A stretch of 64,000 nucleotides of DNA from Octopus sinensis (Eukaryota), in the NCBI RefSeq assembly GCF_006345805.1, contig NC_043000.1:126294001-126358000 (forward strand). Reading direction: 5' to 3'. Shown piece by piece: positions 39,385 through 53,316 of the stretch. The translations under genes and the position numbers were made by a program. Under the pieces are notes generated by a model. It made no database searches. It saw nothing but the letters and a program-made list of their open reading frames with translations, and had not been told where the DNA came from. The stretch's first letter is position 1. Each line of letters opens with the position of its first letter.

Positions 39385-42300
39385 TCTACACACACAGAGA
39401 AAGAGAGAGATGGGCAGAGAGACGCCACTCATATTTATACATAACACACACACACAATCACATTCACATCTGCACCCACATACACACACACACACATACG
39501 CACACACATGTGTGTACTCATGTGTTTGCACATATAATCACGTAGTCTCATTTCAATCCAAGTCTATTTATCATTAAAAAAGAAAAGAAAGCAACAATAT
39601 GTAAGAATTTAATCACCTTAATAATACATTGTTATTAGGACCTTCTGTGACATTCCTGGACATTAAGTGTATGCTTTATGATCACCAAAAATTTTCAAAA
39701 TGATGTTCAGTGAAGGAGCTTCTATATATATCTTCCTAACGACTAAATTTCTCTTAATTCCAGCCAATAGATTGTCTTAAAAAACAACATATTAACCCTT
39801 TTGATACTAAGTCACCTGTATAGTTTAGACATTAAAATTTCATGCTAATGTTCCAAATAATGACAAATCATTTTAATATATTTTTCACTATATTCTTAAT
39901 TAATTTAAAGATATTTAATTTAAAGTGTTTTTCAATTGAAATATTATAATGAAAGAGCTAAATGTTGCAGTCCTGATTGTACTATGTTTGAATAAAATAT
40001 GGAATGGTCACATCTGGAACACCTTTGATTATAAATCTGCCAGAAGTGAGGAACAGAGCAAGCCTATTGTCTATAAAGAATAATCAACATATTATTCAAC
40101 TATGTATCATATGATATAATACTTTATCTGCAGCACCAGTAGATTTTGTGAGCACGAAAAAAAAAAAAGAGGAAAAACAATTCAGATAAAGACCACCACT
40201 GATATGTCCAAATTTAAGGCAGCAGGAAAGTAAAATTAAGAAATATATACAAAAAAATATAACCTTTTTTTTTTATTGTGAAAATGTATCAAGAAGACAA
40301 AACTCTAAAACGCCACAAAAATACAGCTCAGCTTTTGAGTCAAGAGGATGTAAGTACCATGGACAATTTCTCTTTTGCTTATGTTTAATGTTGCTTAGGT
40401 TTGTTGTGAATATGAAATGACAACATAGCTCTTTTACCCTTTTACTTGTTTCAGTCATTTGACTGTAGCCATGCTGGAGCACCGCCTTTAGTCGAGCAAA
40501 TCGACCACAGAACTTATTCTTTGTAAGTCTAGTACTTATTCTATCAGTCGCTTATGCCGAACCACTAAGTTATGGGGATGTAAACACACCAGCATTGGTT
40601 GTCAAGTGATGTCGGGGAGACATACACAGACACACAAACAGACACACACACACACATATATATATGTATATAAATATATATGTATGTATATATGCATATA
40701 TATATATATATATACACACACATATATACGACGGGCTTCTTTCAGTTTCCGTCTACCAAATCCACTCACATGGCTTTGGTCAGCCCAAGGCTATAGTAGA
40801 AGACACCTACCCAAGGTGCCACACAGTGGGACTGAACCCGGAACCATGTGGTTCATAACCTAGCTACTTACCACACAGCCACTCCTACACCTTATCCGTA
40901 AAATATTTTTCTTTTATCTTTTACTTGTTTCAGTTATTTGACTGTGGCCATACTGGGGCATCACCTTGAAGAGTTTTAGTCAAATAAATTGACCTTGAGA
41001 TCTTTTTTTTTAAGTCTGGTACTTATTCTAGCAATCTCTTTAGCTGAACTGCTATGTTACAGGAACATAAACATACCAACATCGGTTGTCAAGCGGTAGT
41101 AGGTGACAAACACAGACACAAAGACTTACTTATACACACACACACTTTCACATATATGATGGGCTTCTTTATGTTTCTGTCTACCAAATCCACTCACAAA
41201 GCTTTGGTTGGTCCGGGGCTATAATACAAGACACTTGCCCAAGGTGCCATGCAGCGGGACTGAACCCAGAACCATGTAGTTGGAAAGTAAACTTCTTACT
41301 GCTTGCACTTAAATATATGTAAATGCTCCAACTAGGAATGTGAACTGTGTCACAAACTTAATCTTTTAAATAACTTATTAAACATAAAATGCTCAGATCT
41401 AGCTGTGTGATTAAGAAGTTTGTTTCACAATAACATAGTTCTAGGTTCAATTCCATTGTACAGCATCAAGTTTATTTAATGAGGAAAGCTTTCAAATAGT
41501 GAAAGCATTCAATTATGGAAGTATCTTATAAGTTATTTGATATGCTATTATCCATTGAAAAGGTTGCAAGACGATAAAAAATTTTAGGAAAAATAAATAA
41601 GTAAATGAGTGGAAATCATCATCATCATCATCATCATCGTTTAACGTCTATTTTCCATGCTAGCATGGGTTGGACGACTTGACTGAGGTCTGGCAAACCA
41701 GATGGCTGCACCAGACTCCAATCTGATCTGGCAGAGTTTCTACAGCTGGAGGCCCTTCCTAACACCAACCACTCTGAGAGTGTAGTGGGTGCTTTTATGT
41801 GCCACTGGCATGAGGGCCAGTTAGGTGGTTACTGGCAACCACCTACCTAATTTAACACACTAATGAGTGTGTTAAATTAATAAGGCCCTAAAAGAGAATG
41901 ACTCTCCCCAGACACAATAAAATATGCTTCAACACACAAATTCACATAAAGAATCATGCAAACCAAATAAAAAAACGAAACATTTTAAAAGTTTTCAATA
42001 TTTTGTTGCCAGATTTGAATATTTTTTATACAGGCTACAATTTTGGCCTTCTTAATAGATTTACATTCTTCCAACGCAGATTTCACTTGCTCCTCTAATC
42101 AGACATCCCTCTTATCACTCTCATATCAACCATCCATGCCATTGTCACACATGTCTCTACTACTCATAACCCTAGGGCTCACATTCCTAATACTAATCTC
42201 CTGACCTTTCTTTCCTCATCTCACTTTCACTGTACTATGCCTCAGATGTTACTCAGGATATTAGTAGACATCTTCAGTTCTCTGTACATTGTTTCCATTA

Positions 42301-42791
42301 CAACTTAGGATATCATGGAACCTATCTGACTCTCCCTCCATCATTTAGTTTCTCCATTTCTCTCTTCACCCTATACATCTTACCATCATGAGCTGAGTGG
42401 ACTGGAGCAATGTGCAATGAAGTCCTTTGCTCAAGGACACAACACAGCACCCTGTCCAAGAATTGAAACCACAAACTCACGGTCACTAACTACTAAACTA
42501 TGTATCTGTTCTAGGAAGTAAATGTGTATATTTAAGGCTAAATTAAAGATTGAAATGTCTTCAAAAAATCCCATTGTTCATTATTCTTCTTCTTCTTTTC
42601 ATTTAATTTTTCCAAAATTTAAATTTTTCAAAAATTTAATCGTTTTCCATACTTAGAGTTGAAAAAGTCTCAATGACTGAAACTGGTACTAAAATGTTTT
42701 TTTATGATAAAATTATTTTAGCATTTTCTACCTTTAATTTTTTTCCCATATATATATATATATATATATATCAAACATAAATTGAAAACAG

Positions 42792-42922
42792 AACACAAAG
42801 AATATTGCGGTATACGTGTTTCAAGCTTTATAAACAATCTGTTATTACATCAGCATACATCTGATGTAATAACAGATTGTTTATAAAGCTTGAAGCACGT
42901 GTACCGCGATATACTTTGTGTT
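42792..42922. repeat. Long inverted repeat, 62-bp arms, 7-nt loop
   Basis: 58 of 62 Watson-Crick pairs; inner 34 bp perfect. Confidence 0.95.
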
Positions 42923-43168
42923 TGTCATCATCATCGTTTAACGTCCGTTTTCCATGCTAGCATGGGTTGGACGGTTCAACTGGGGTCTGGGAAGCCGGGA
43001 GTCTGCGCCAGGCCCAGTCTGATCTGGCAGTGTTTCTACAGCTGGATGCCCTTCCTAACGCCAAAACATGTTCTGTTTTCAATTTATGTTTGATATATTC
43101 TCTCACCTCTGCCACTATCTGGCATATACAGGTGCTTACACTTATCAAGTATTCCCTCTAAACTTACA

Positions 43169-43214
<46 letters not shown>

Positions 43215-43654
43215 ATACATATGTATATAATATATAAGAAGGGGTTGGCATTAGGAAAGGCATTCAGCCATAGAAACCATGTTGAAGCAAACACTGGAAC
43301 ACAATGTAGTCCTTGAACCCATTGGCTCCTCTCAAACCATCCGACCCATGCCAGCATGGAAAAAGCACATTAAATGATGATGATGATGATGATATACAAC
43401 ATGCACTACATTATATAAAACTGTCACATTAACTCAATACTTTCTCTCATATTCAAGAACAGCAGCAGTGTTGTTATTGCTATTGTTTAGACCCTAGATC
43501 AACCCTGATGAAGCAGACTAAGATTGGCAACATTTCATCTGCGACCCCTTATATTTAAATATATTGGAGTACATTGTCCAATATGTTCTTTGTTCCCAAA
43601 TGTTATTTGAGGGAAATCTGTTCGCTATTTCAAGTTGTCCAAACAATTGCAATT

Positions 43655-43962
43655 GGAGGCACATGGCCTAGTGGTTAGAGCAGCGGACTTGTGGTCGAGG
43701 GATCACGGGTTCGAATCTCAGACCGGGCGATGTGTATGTTTATGAGCAAAACACCAAAGCTCCACACAGCTCCAGCAGAAGGTAATGGCGAACTTCTGTT
43801 GGCTCTTTCACCACAACTTTTTCTCACTCTTTCCTCCTGCATCCTACAGCTTACCTGCGATGGACCAGCATCCCATCCAGGTGGGGAACCTATATGCCAA
43901 GGAAACTGGGAATCCGGCCTTTATGAGCCAGGCATGGCTCGAGAAGGAACAAACAAACAAAC
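43655..43962 (+). mobile_element. tRNA-derived SINE with V-domain-like core
   Basis: tggcctagtggttagagc (A box), gggttcgaatc (B box), acctgcgatggaccagcatcccatccagg (V-SINE-like motif), (AAAC)n tail. Confidence 0.75.
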
Positions 43963-44164
43963 AATTGCATGGAGGATCTGTCATTGAATTGGAGCCTCTA
44001 CATAGTCACTTAATGGGCTAGAAATAGCAGCTAAATTTATTTCAAATCACACCCTGACATGTTAAAGGGAAGAAAGAAAACTGGATCATGTGACCCTAGA
44101 TATATTATATCTGAAAAATAGTGTAGATAACACAGTTGTATATTTAAGAGATGAGGAATTATGC

Positions 44165-44322
44165 ACATTATTTACATTATTTACCTTTGATGGATATTTG
44201 TCCTCATCTTGTTTGTTGTTAACACAGAAGTGTGGACTTATCCACAAAAGTCCACACTTCTGTGTTAACAACAAACAAGATGAGGACAAATATCCGTCAA
44301 ATGTAAATAATGTAAATAATGT
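44165..44322. repeat. Long inverted repeat, 75-bp arms, 8-nt loop
   Basis: 73 of 75 Watson-Crick pairs (44165-44239 vs 44248-44322). Confidence 0.95.
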
Positions 44323-44329
44323 AGTGTAG

Positions 44330-44760
44330 AAGAGATGATCAAACCAGAAATACTTTTAATCAAAACATCATTGGCTCCAGCATTAGGTTTGTCAGTTTCT
44401 ATCCAGTCTCCTTGGCTGATGTTTGTGCTGAAAGTGACTTTGTAGTCCAAGTCAGTGGTGAAAGAGTCATGGGCAGAACTCACACGGGATGGTATCTCAA
44501 TCAGAACATAGGTCTAATCAATCAGGCCTGACCCAGGGCCAATCAACAAAAAGAACAACAACAGCAGCAGCCACAAATATCTGACAAACAACTATTTATT
44601 TCTTGTAGGTTCCACCTTTCATAGATGATGCCCAGGCTGAGAGTGATTTTGAAGAGAAAGGTCTCACTGTCTCTGAGCACTTTACTTCCTTGGTGTATGG
44701 ATTCCAACTTGATAAACACTACAGCCATGAAAAAACCAATGCCAGTATAATGGAAGGTGA
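44330..44760 (-). mobile_element. Old degraded LINE fragment (CR1/L2-like)
   Basis: Frameshifted minus-strand reading (V)WNPYTKEVKCSETV resembles the LINE VWNPY...LExVQR motif. Confidence 0.4.
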
Positions 44761-46956
44761 ATCTTTACTACTTTCTCAATACTAATATCGCTCTCCTCCT
44801 CTTTCTCTCTCTCCTTCTTTGGTAGAATCATAAAAATGTCAGACTGACTGTTTCATGATATTTGTTCGGGCTCTCTGTGCTCTGAGTTTAAATTCAATTA
44901 AGGTCAACTTTGCCCCTTATCCTTTCAGGGTTGATAAAAAAAATTACCAATCCAAAGTGGTGGGTTAGAAGAAGTGTAAGAATGTTGGACCATATGCTCT
45001 GTAATATTTGTTTCACTTCTTTGTGTTCTGAGTTCAAATATCACCATAGCCTACCCATCACCCAGTTTAACATTGGCATCTGACACCTTTAGTGAAGTCC
45101 ATTCTGCTGCAAGCATTTGGGCAGGTTTCCACTTTGAGGATACTTTCCTACTTCCCTCTCTCCATACTACCAATATCAGAGGCTCTCTAACAGATCGTAA
45201 GCACTGCCTTCTCTCATGACTTAGGGTTATCACAGCAAAGGTCTTTTATGGGCTCTTGGACACGTAATGCAGGAGCTTTAACCTGGTTTCTATGGAGCAT
45301 AAGTGATTGAGATTACAGTACCCCCACCTCTATTGATTGGGGCACAGGTCCATTGCAGAGTTAACGTCCACCTATTGCTGGAACTCATTTACAGCTGGAA
45401 CAATTTACCACTGGAGCAATGTAAAATGAAATGTTTTATTCAAGAAGACAATACACTGCCCTATCTAGGAATCGAAACATGATTTTATGATCATGAATGC
45501 AACACCCAAACCATTAGGCTATGTGCCTTAGTCTCCTGGCCTAAAGATAAAAATCATTTTCAACATAAAGACTGCAAAAATCGGTTCAATACATTTCTCT
45601 ACACATTGGTTAATGATACCGTCTTGTTTAGAGAACATTGTGGCTAGTTTATATATTTTCTCAGGGTCTTCTTTTTACCTTTTAATAAAAAAATAAAGGA
45701 TATCTCTCATGATAATTTATTCTGTTAGGGCCTCTGAGACTGGGGGGAGTGTGTGGCCTAGTGGTTGTACTCGTGATCACAAAATTGTGGCTTCACTTCC
45801 CAGACCAAACTGTGTTGTGTTCTTGAGCAAAACACTTCATTTCATGTTGCTCCAGTCCACGCAGCTGTAAATGAGTAACTCTGTTAAGGACTGGCATTTT
45901 GTTCAAGGGGAGTGGTATGATTTCAGTCACTTATGCATGATTATGACCCTTATGTGTTCTAGGATTCAAGACAGTACTTACTTATTTTGAGATTGGTTGG
46001 AGGAATGGAGAAAGTTATCCTGAACGTGGAGAGCTAGATTGAATGCTTGCAACAGAGTGAATTCTAAAGTCTATCAGGAACCAAATGGTGGTGTTAAACT
46101 GGGTGACAGATTAAGTCTGTCTCCTATAAAACCAGATTGAAAGAACTAGAATCTCATAAAATGTGACCACTCAATCATCTATAGTCCCTCTCAACTGAGA
46201 GGGCTCATTAGTCTTGCTGGTTACAAGATCACCTCACAAGTGCTGGTGCCATGGAAAGAAGTACCTGGTATACTCTATAAAGAGGTTAGCATTGGGAAGG
46301 GCAGCCAGCCATAAAAACCATGCTGAGACTAAGACACAATGTGCTCATCTGACCTGTAGGATTCTGTCTAACCATCCAACCATGTCAGCAATAAAAGCTA
46401 GCATAAAAATGATGATGATGATGACGACAATGATGATTATCTCATCCAATACTCTCACATCATCATCATCATCATCATCATCATCGTTTAACCTCTGCTT
46501 TCCATGCTAGCATGGGTTGGACGGTGGATTATCACAATTCTGATAATCCACCACCCTGGTTTATTACATCATTTTATCAAACTTTACCATAACTGGATTT
46601 GAACTCAGAATGCTGGTAGTTAGAACTATGTGGCATTTTGTCCCCTTCTCTAACAACTGCCAATTGTTTTCTTCTATCTTTAGTTGGTTTGATTTAACCC
46701 TTTAGTGTTTAAACTGGCCAAATCCAGCCCAATATATTCTACATATTTTATATTCAAACTGGCCATATCTAGCCTCTCACTCCTAACCTACATTGACAGT
46801 CTAAAAATAAACAATCACATCATTGAAACCTCAAAGCTATAAGGTAATGCATGATTAATTCAAAACAATTTAAATAAAAAAGCATTACATTTAACAGAGT
46901 AATCTGAACACTAATGGGTTAATTATTAGAACTGAGAAACTACCTTCACACATAAG

Positions 46957-47227
46957 TTTTTAGATTTTTAGAGAAGAAGAACTAGAAGTTTTTTGTTGAT
47001 TCTTTTATTCTTTTACTTGTTTCAGTCATTTGACTGTGGCCATGCTGGAGCATTGCCTTTAGTCGAGCAAACCGACCCCAGGACTTAATCTTTGTAAGCC
47101 TAGTACTTATTCTATCGATGTCTTTTGCGGAAGCACTAAGCTATGGGGACATAAACACACCAGCACTGGTTGTCAAGTGTTGGGGGGACAAACACAGACA
47201 CACAAACGTATACACACAGACACACAC

Positions 47228-47260
<33 letters not shown>

Positions 47261-50106
47261 CGACAGTTCACCAAATCCACTCACAAGGCCTTGGTCGGGC
47301 CGAGGCTATAGTAGAAGACTCTTGCCCAAGGTGCTCTGCAGTGGGACTGAACCCAGAACGATGTGTTGGTAAGCAAGCTACTTACCACACAGCCACTCCT
47401 GTGCCTATGTTGTTGTTTAGCCCCAGGTTAGCCTTGGTTGAACAGACCTATCATCAAAAGCATTTTAGCCATGACCATCTTGTCTTATTATTTTCAGTGC
47501 ATCAAAGCAATGAGCTGGCAGAAACATAAGTACGTTGGGCGAAATGCTTAGTGGTATTTCATCTATCTTTACATTCTGAGTTCAAATTCCACCGAGGTCA
47601 ACTTTGCCTTTCATCCTTTTGGGGTCGATAAATTAATAGCTGTTGCATACTGGGGTCAATCTAATCAACTGGCTCCCTTCCCTCAAAAATTTCAGGCCTT
47701 TTGCCTAGAGTTGAAAATATTATTTTCAGTGTCCCTATGACAACAATTATCCTGTTTTCAATCCATCCATGCATTATTGCCCCCACCTACTCGCTATTTC
47801 TGGAAGGGTCGCAGGGGGGGGGGTTAGAGTCCTCAGGCACCTCTTCCATAGGGTCCTGTCAGAAGTGTCTGACATCACACTTTCCAGCTGGATTCCTAAG
47901 CACAACCAACTGAGTCTATGGATATTATCCGACCATTTTGCTCTTGATCTATTCCTACGTAGATCTCCTGCTCATTGTCTCAGCTTAAAGAATCTGTCTT
48001 GGATCCTTTCCTGAGAGGTTCTGACCACATGTCCATAGTACTGCGAAGGTGCATGTTTTAGTGGTTAAAGTATTTGGATCACAGTTGTAAGGTTATGAGT
48101 TCAATTCCTGGCAGCACATTGTGTCCTTGAGCAAGACACTTTATTTCATGCGGCCCCAGTTCACTCAGCCAGCAAGAATGAGTAATACCTGTATTTCAAA
48201 GTGCCAGCCTTGTCGCATTCTGTGTCATACCGAATCCCCCTCAGAACTATGTTCAGGGTAAGCATGTCTGTGGAGTGCTCAGTCACTTGTATGTTGATTC
48301 CATGAGAAGGCTGTTCCGTTGATCAGATCAACTGGAATCCTCTTCACTGTAACCGATGGGGTGCCATAGTATTCAAGGTGTGACTTCTCAATGTAGAGAA
48401 GCAGTGGTTCCAATTTCTTTTAATTTTAAAAGATAATGTATGATTTGAGAGAGATTTGGCTGTTATTTCTAGCATGTCATGCAGCTGCATGACATGCATG
48501 ACAAAGGTTCTTGTGCTGCCTCAATATTAATGATTTTTAGATTTTTAGAGAAGAAGAACTAGAAGTTTTTTGTTGATTCTTTTATTCTTTTACTTGTTTC
48601 AGTCATTTGACTGTGGCCATGCTGGAGCATTGCCTTTAGTCGAGCAAACCGACCCCAGGACTTAATCTTTGTAAGCCTAGTACTTATTCTATCGATGTCT
48701 TTTGCGGAAGCACTAAGCTATGGGGACGTAAACACACCAGCACTGGTTGTCAAGTGTTGGGGGGACAAACACAGACACACAAACGTATACACACAGACAC
48801 ACACATAAATATATATATATATATATATATACGACAGTTCACCAAATCCACTCACAAGGCCTTGGTCGGGCCGAGGCTATAGTAGAAGACTCTTGCCCAA
48901 GGTGCTCTGCAGTGGGACTGAACCCAGAACGATGTGTTGGTAAGCAAGCTACTTACCACACAGCCACTCCTGTGCCTATGTTGTTGTTTAGCCCCAAGTT
49001 AGCCTTGGTTGAACAGACCTATCATCAAAAGCATTTTAGCCATGACCATCTTGTCTTATTATTTTCACTGCATCAAAGCAATGAGCTGGCAGAAACATAA
49101 GCACATTGGGCGAAATGCTTAGCGGTATTTCATCTATCTCTTTACATTCTGAGTTCAAATTCCACCGAGGTCAACTTCGCCTTTCATCCTTTTGGGGTCG
49201 ATAAATTAATAGCTGTTGCATACTGGAGTCAATCTAATCAACTGGCTCCCTTCCCTCAAAAATTTCATGCCTTTTGCCTAGAGTTGAAAATAATATTTTC
49301 AGTGTCCCTATGACAATAATTATCCTGTTTTCTATCCATCCATCCATTATTGCATCCACCTACTCGCTATTTCTGGAAGGGTCACAGAGGGTGGGTAGAG
49401 TCCTCAGGCACCTCTTCCATAGGGTCCTGTCAGAAGTGTCTGACATCACACTTTCCAGCTGGATTCCTAAGCACAACCAACTGAGTCTATGGATATTATC
49501 CGACCATTTTGCTCTTGATCTATTCCTACGTAGATCTCCTGCTCATTGTCTCAGCTTAAAGAATCTGTCTTGGATCCTTTCCTGAGAGGTTCTGACCACA
49601 TGTCCATAGTACTGCGAAGGTGCATGTTTTAGTGGTTAAAGTATTTGGATCACAGTTGTAAGGTTATGAGTTCAATTCCTGGCAGCACATTGTGTCCTTG
49701 AGCAAGACACTTTATTTCATGCGGCCCCAGTTCACTCAGCCAGCAAGAATGAGTAATACCTGTATTTCAAAGTGCCAGCCTTGTCGCATTCTGTGTCATA
49801 CCGAATCCCCCTCAGAACTATGTTCAGGGTAAGCATGTCTGTGGAGTGCTCAGTCACTTGTATGTTGATTCCATGAGAAGGCTGTTCCATTGATCAGATC
49901 AACTGGAATCCTCTTCACTGTAACCGATGGAGTGCCATAGTATTCAAGGTGTGACTTCTCAATGTAGAGAAGCAGTGGTTCCAATTTCTTTTAATTTTAA
50001 AAGATAATGTATGATTTGAGAGAGATTTGGCTGTTATTTCTAGCATGTCATGCAGCTGCATGACATGCATGACAAAGGTTCTTGTGCAGCCTCAATATTA
50101 ATGATT
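46957..50106. repeat. Recent head-to-tail segmental duplication of ~1.57 kb (46957-48533 / 48534-50106)
   Basis: The same mosaic of SINE B, SINE A, RTE fragment and CORE SINE occurs in both units with only scattered differences. Confidence 0.95.
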
Positions 50107-53083
50107 CTAAGTGGATCAGAACCACAGGAAATTAAAGCCAGACAACAGAGAGCTTGTTGGAAAGCTAGCATTCTGAATTGAACATTTCATTGTATTTTCT
50201 GTATTTGTAGGTAAATAAAATGCATTATACTGTTCCAAAAAAGTGTCTCAAGAAAACCCCACTGGATACCTATATGCAAAGGTGGACTGCCCATAAGAGC
50301 TGAAACCCTATGATCTTTTTTTCCCGAACAAGGCTAATTGAACCTTGTATTGATTTCTAACAAAGGCACAATACCTCAAATTAGGTCATGGAGTGGTATC
50401 TTCAATTATGTTGATCCAAGGTGTGACAAATATTTATTTCATTGATTCTGAAGGTTGAATGAAAAAGTGGACCTTGTTGGGATTTAAAATCACATAAAGA
50501 GGCATAACAAAATATAATAGGGCATTCTTTTCCCACCACCCTACCAATTTTCTTTATTCACTGGCCTAATTAGTTCCAATATTGGTTTTGCCAATTTTGA
50601 CATAAGGCCAGAAATTTCAAGGGGAGGGTGTAAGTTGACCCCCAGTGTTCAAAAGGTACTTATTTCATGAGAGGCAAAGTTGACTATGGCAGAATTTGAA
50701 CTCAAAACATAAAGACAGATGAAATACTGTCAGGCAATTTCATTGGTATACTAACGATACTTCCATATTTTCATCATCATCATCATCGTTTAACGTCCGT
50801 TTTCCATGCTAGCACGGGTTGGATGGTTTGACCAGGGTCTGGGAAGCCAGGAGGCTGCACCAGGCTCCAGTCTGATCTGGCAGTGTTTCTACAGCTGGAT
50901 GTTTCCTAACACCGACCACTCCGTGAGTGTAGTGGGTGCTTTTTACATGCCACCGGCACAGGTGTCAGGGGAGGCTGGCAAACGGCCACGATCGGTTGGT
51001 GCTTTTTACGTGCCACCAGCGTTTTTAAACAAAGGTACAATGTAATTTGTCTAAATTTGGCTGCTATTTCTAGCAGTTTGAGTAACCATGTAGAAGTTCA
51101 CTTGTTGGGCTCATGGATCATCTTCTAGTATATAATAGTGTTCATATGCATTGCTGTTAAATAGACAGATACTTTTTATGGATGTATATGTGTGTGTGTG
51201 TATGCGTGTACATATATACCATGTGCATTTATCTGGCAGACACATAGCATGCTTTCTAACTCTTCCTTTACTAGTTTTGAGTTATTGTTAAATAAAAGGC
51301 CTAAGACACCTCAGTGATATATCTCATTTACAATGTTAACCATCTGCTAGGCCTGAAGCAATCAAATAGATTTAGACTTAAGAAAGTATTACTCCACTCA
51401 GTGAATTATCAAGGAGAGAACAGACAGGCTATTCTATGAAGCTTGTCTAATCTAATCCACATATATATGTACACACATGTGTGTGTGAGTATGATTTATT
51501 ATTTGAAGTAATACTTTCTTAAACCTAAATCCATTTGATTCCTTCAAGCCTAGCAGAAGGTTAACATGGAAAATGTTATTGATGAGCTATCTTAAGCTGT
51601 TGGTTTAGCAACTACCGAAAACCAGGAAAGGTAAAGGATAGAAAGCATGCCGGGCATATAGTAGATAAATGCACATGATGTATACGTGCATGTATGAGTG
51701 TATATACATATATGCTGTCATTAGGAAGGGCATCCAGCCATAAAAACCATGCCGAAACAGACTGTGATGCTTGGTGCAGTTCTCCAGCTTGCCACCTAAT
51801 GTCAAACTGCCCAACCCATGCCAGCATGAAAGGCATTTTTTGCAGTAGTTTCCTGTTTTTGCAGAAACGAAAACAAAGTTATTTTCGAATGGATTTGAAC
51901 TTAGAATAAAAGGTATTTAGCCTGGCACTCTTTCATTTACCATTTCAGCTTTCCCACCACATAAACTTGAATCGATCCAATTTATTGAGAGAAGCTAATT
52001 ATTTAAACCAAAGTATATTGTCTTGAATGATAAACAACTATTCATGACAATGGCTATTTAATCCTTTAGCATTCAGATTACTTTGTCAAATGCCTGACAC
52101 CCCCATGGGATTGCACCTAGAAAGTTACCCTCCCAGGCACAAGTCCGGGCAAGGTTGTTTATGAAAGGCCAGCAGTCACCCATACATACTGGTCTCCCCT
52201 CTCCATGCCACCAGTGTTATATCCAAGGGAAAGGCCAGCAGTTGCCCATGCATACCAGCCTCTCCTCTCCATGCCACCAGTGTTTTCCAAAAGAAAGGCG
52301 AAGGCTGATACAGCTTGGCACCTGTGATGTCACAACTCATTTCTACAGCTGAGTGAATTGGAGCAATGTGAAATAAAGTGTCTTGCTCAAGAACATAACA
52401 CACAGCCTGGTCTGGGATTCGAGCTCACAACCTCATGATTGTAAGCTCGATGCTCTAACCACTGAGCCATGCACCTTTGTCAAATGTAATGCTTACTAAT
52501 TTACATTGTTTTGAATCGATCATGCATTATTTTGTAGCTTCAATATTCCGATGATGTGATTGTATATTTTTAGTTTGTCATTGCAGAGTAGGTGTGAGAG
52601 GTTGGATCTGGTCAATTTTAGTATAAAACATATAGAATAGTTGGGCCAGTTATGGTTTAAATGCTAAATAGTCTATAGTCCAGCAAACCCAAAAGCTGTA
52701 ATTTGTTTTTTGCATATTTTCGATCAGCTTCAAACCAATATTTTATTGTGTTCTATATACAAAACATAGCTTTTCCCTGTGAACAAACAGGTTTGTTTTA
52801 TTTATTGTTCTGGATCTATAAAATTTATTTCTTAAACATAATAAAATCTGTCACAACATAGAAATGAACCAAATATATATATACTAAAATAAAACCATTT
52901 CTAGTAATAAATAACAAACTGTAGACAGTTTAGAATTGAACTTTTCTCTCTCTATTTCATGTCAAGAAAATAGAGGTTTATTGCTGTTTCTATTACATGA
53001 ACCAACAAGAATCTATACAAGTATTGTGCATAAACTTGTTCATTAACTTCTTTACAATGACATTTCTAATGAAATATAGTGAC

Positions 53084-53316
53084 AAGGCGGCAAGCTGGCA
53101 GAAACGTTAGCATGCTGGGTGAAATGCATAGCCGTATTTCGTCTGCCATTATGTTCTGAGTTCAAATTCCGCCGAGGTCGACTATGCCTTTCATCCTTTC
53201 GGGGTCGATAAATTAAGTACCAGTTACTCACTGGGGTTGATATAATCAACTTAATCCGTTTGTCTGTCCTTGATTGTCCTCTCTGTGTTTAGCCCCTTGT
53301 GGGTAGTAAAGAAATA
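53084..53316 (+). mobile_element. Full-length family A SINE with 13-bp TSD
   Basis: gaaatatagtgac at 53071-53083 and 53317-53329; B-box-like gagttcaaattcc. Confidence 0.92.

Noticed and set aside
43657-43730. tRNA gene
   Set aside because: A and B boxes are present but there is no closed cloverleaf, and it continues into a SINE body.
44609-44756. Plus-strand open exon-like segment (VPPFIDDAQAES...SIME) with AG/GT ends
   Set aside because: The opposite strand shows LINE motifs and there are no partner exons; likely chance, though RNA-seq would settle it.
45050-45250. HERO/R2-like KWKPAQ motif on the minus strand
   Set aside because: A single short motif; insufficient support.
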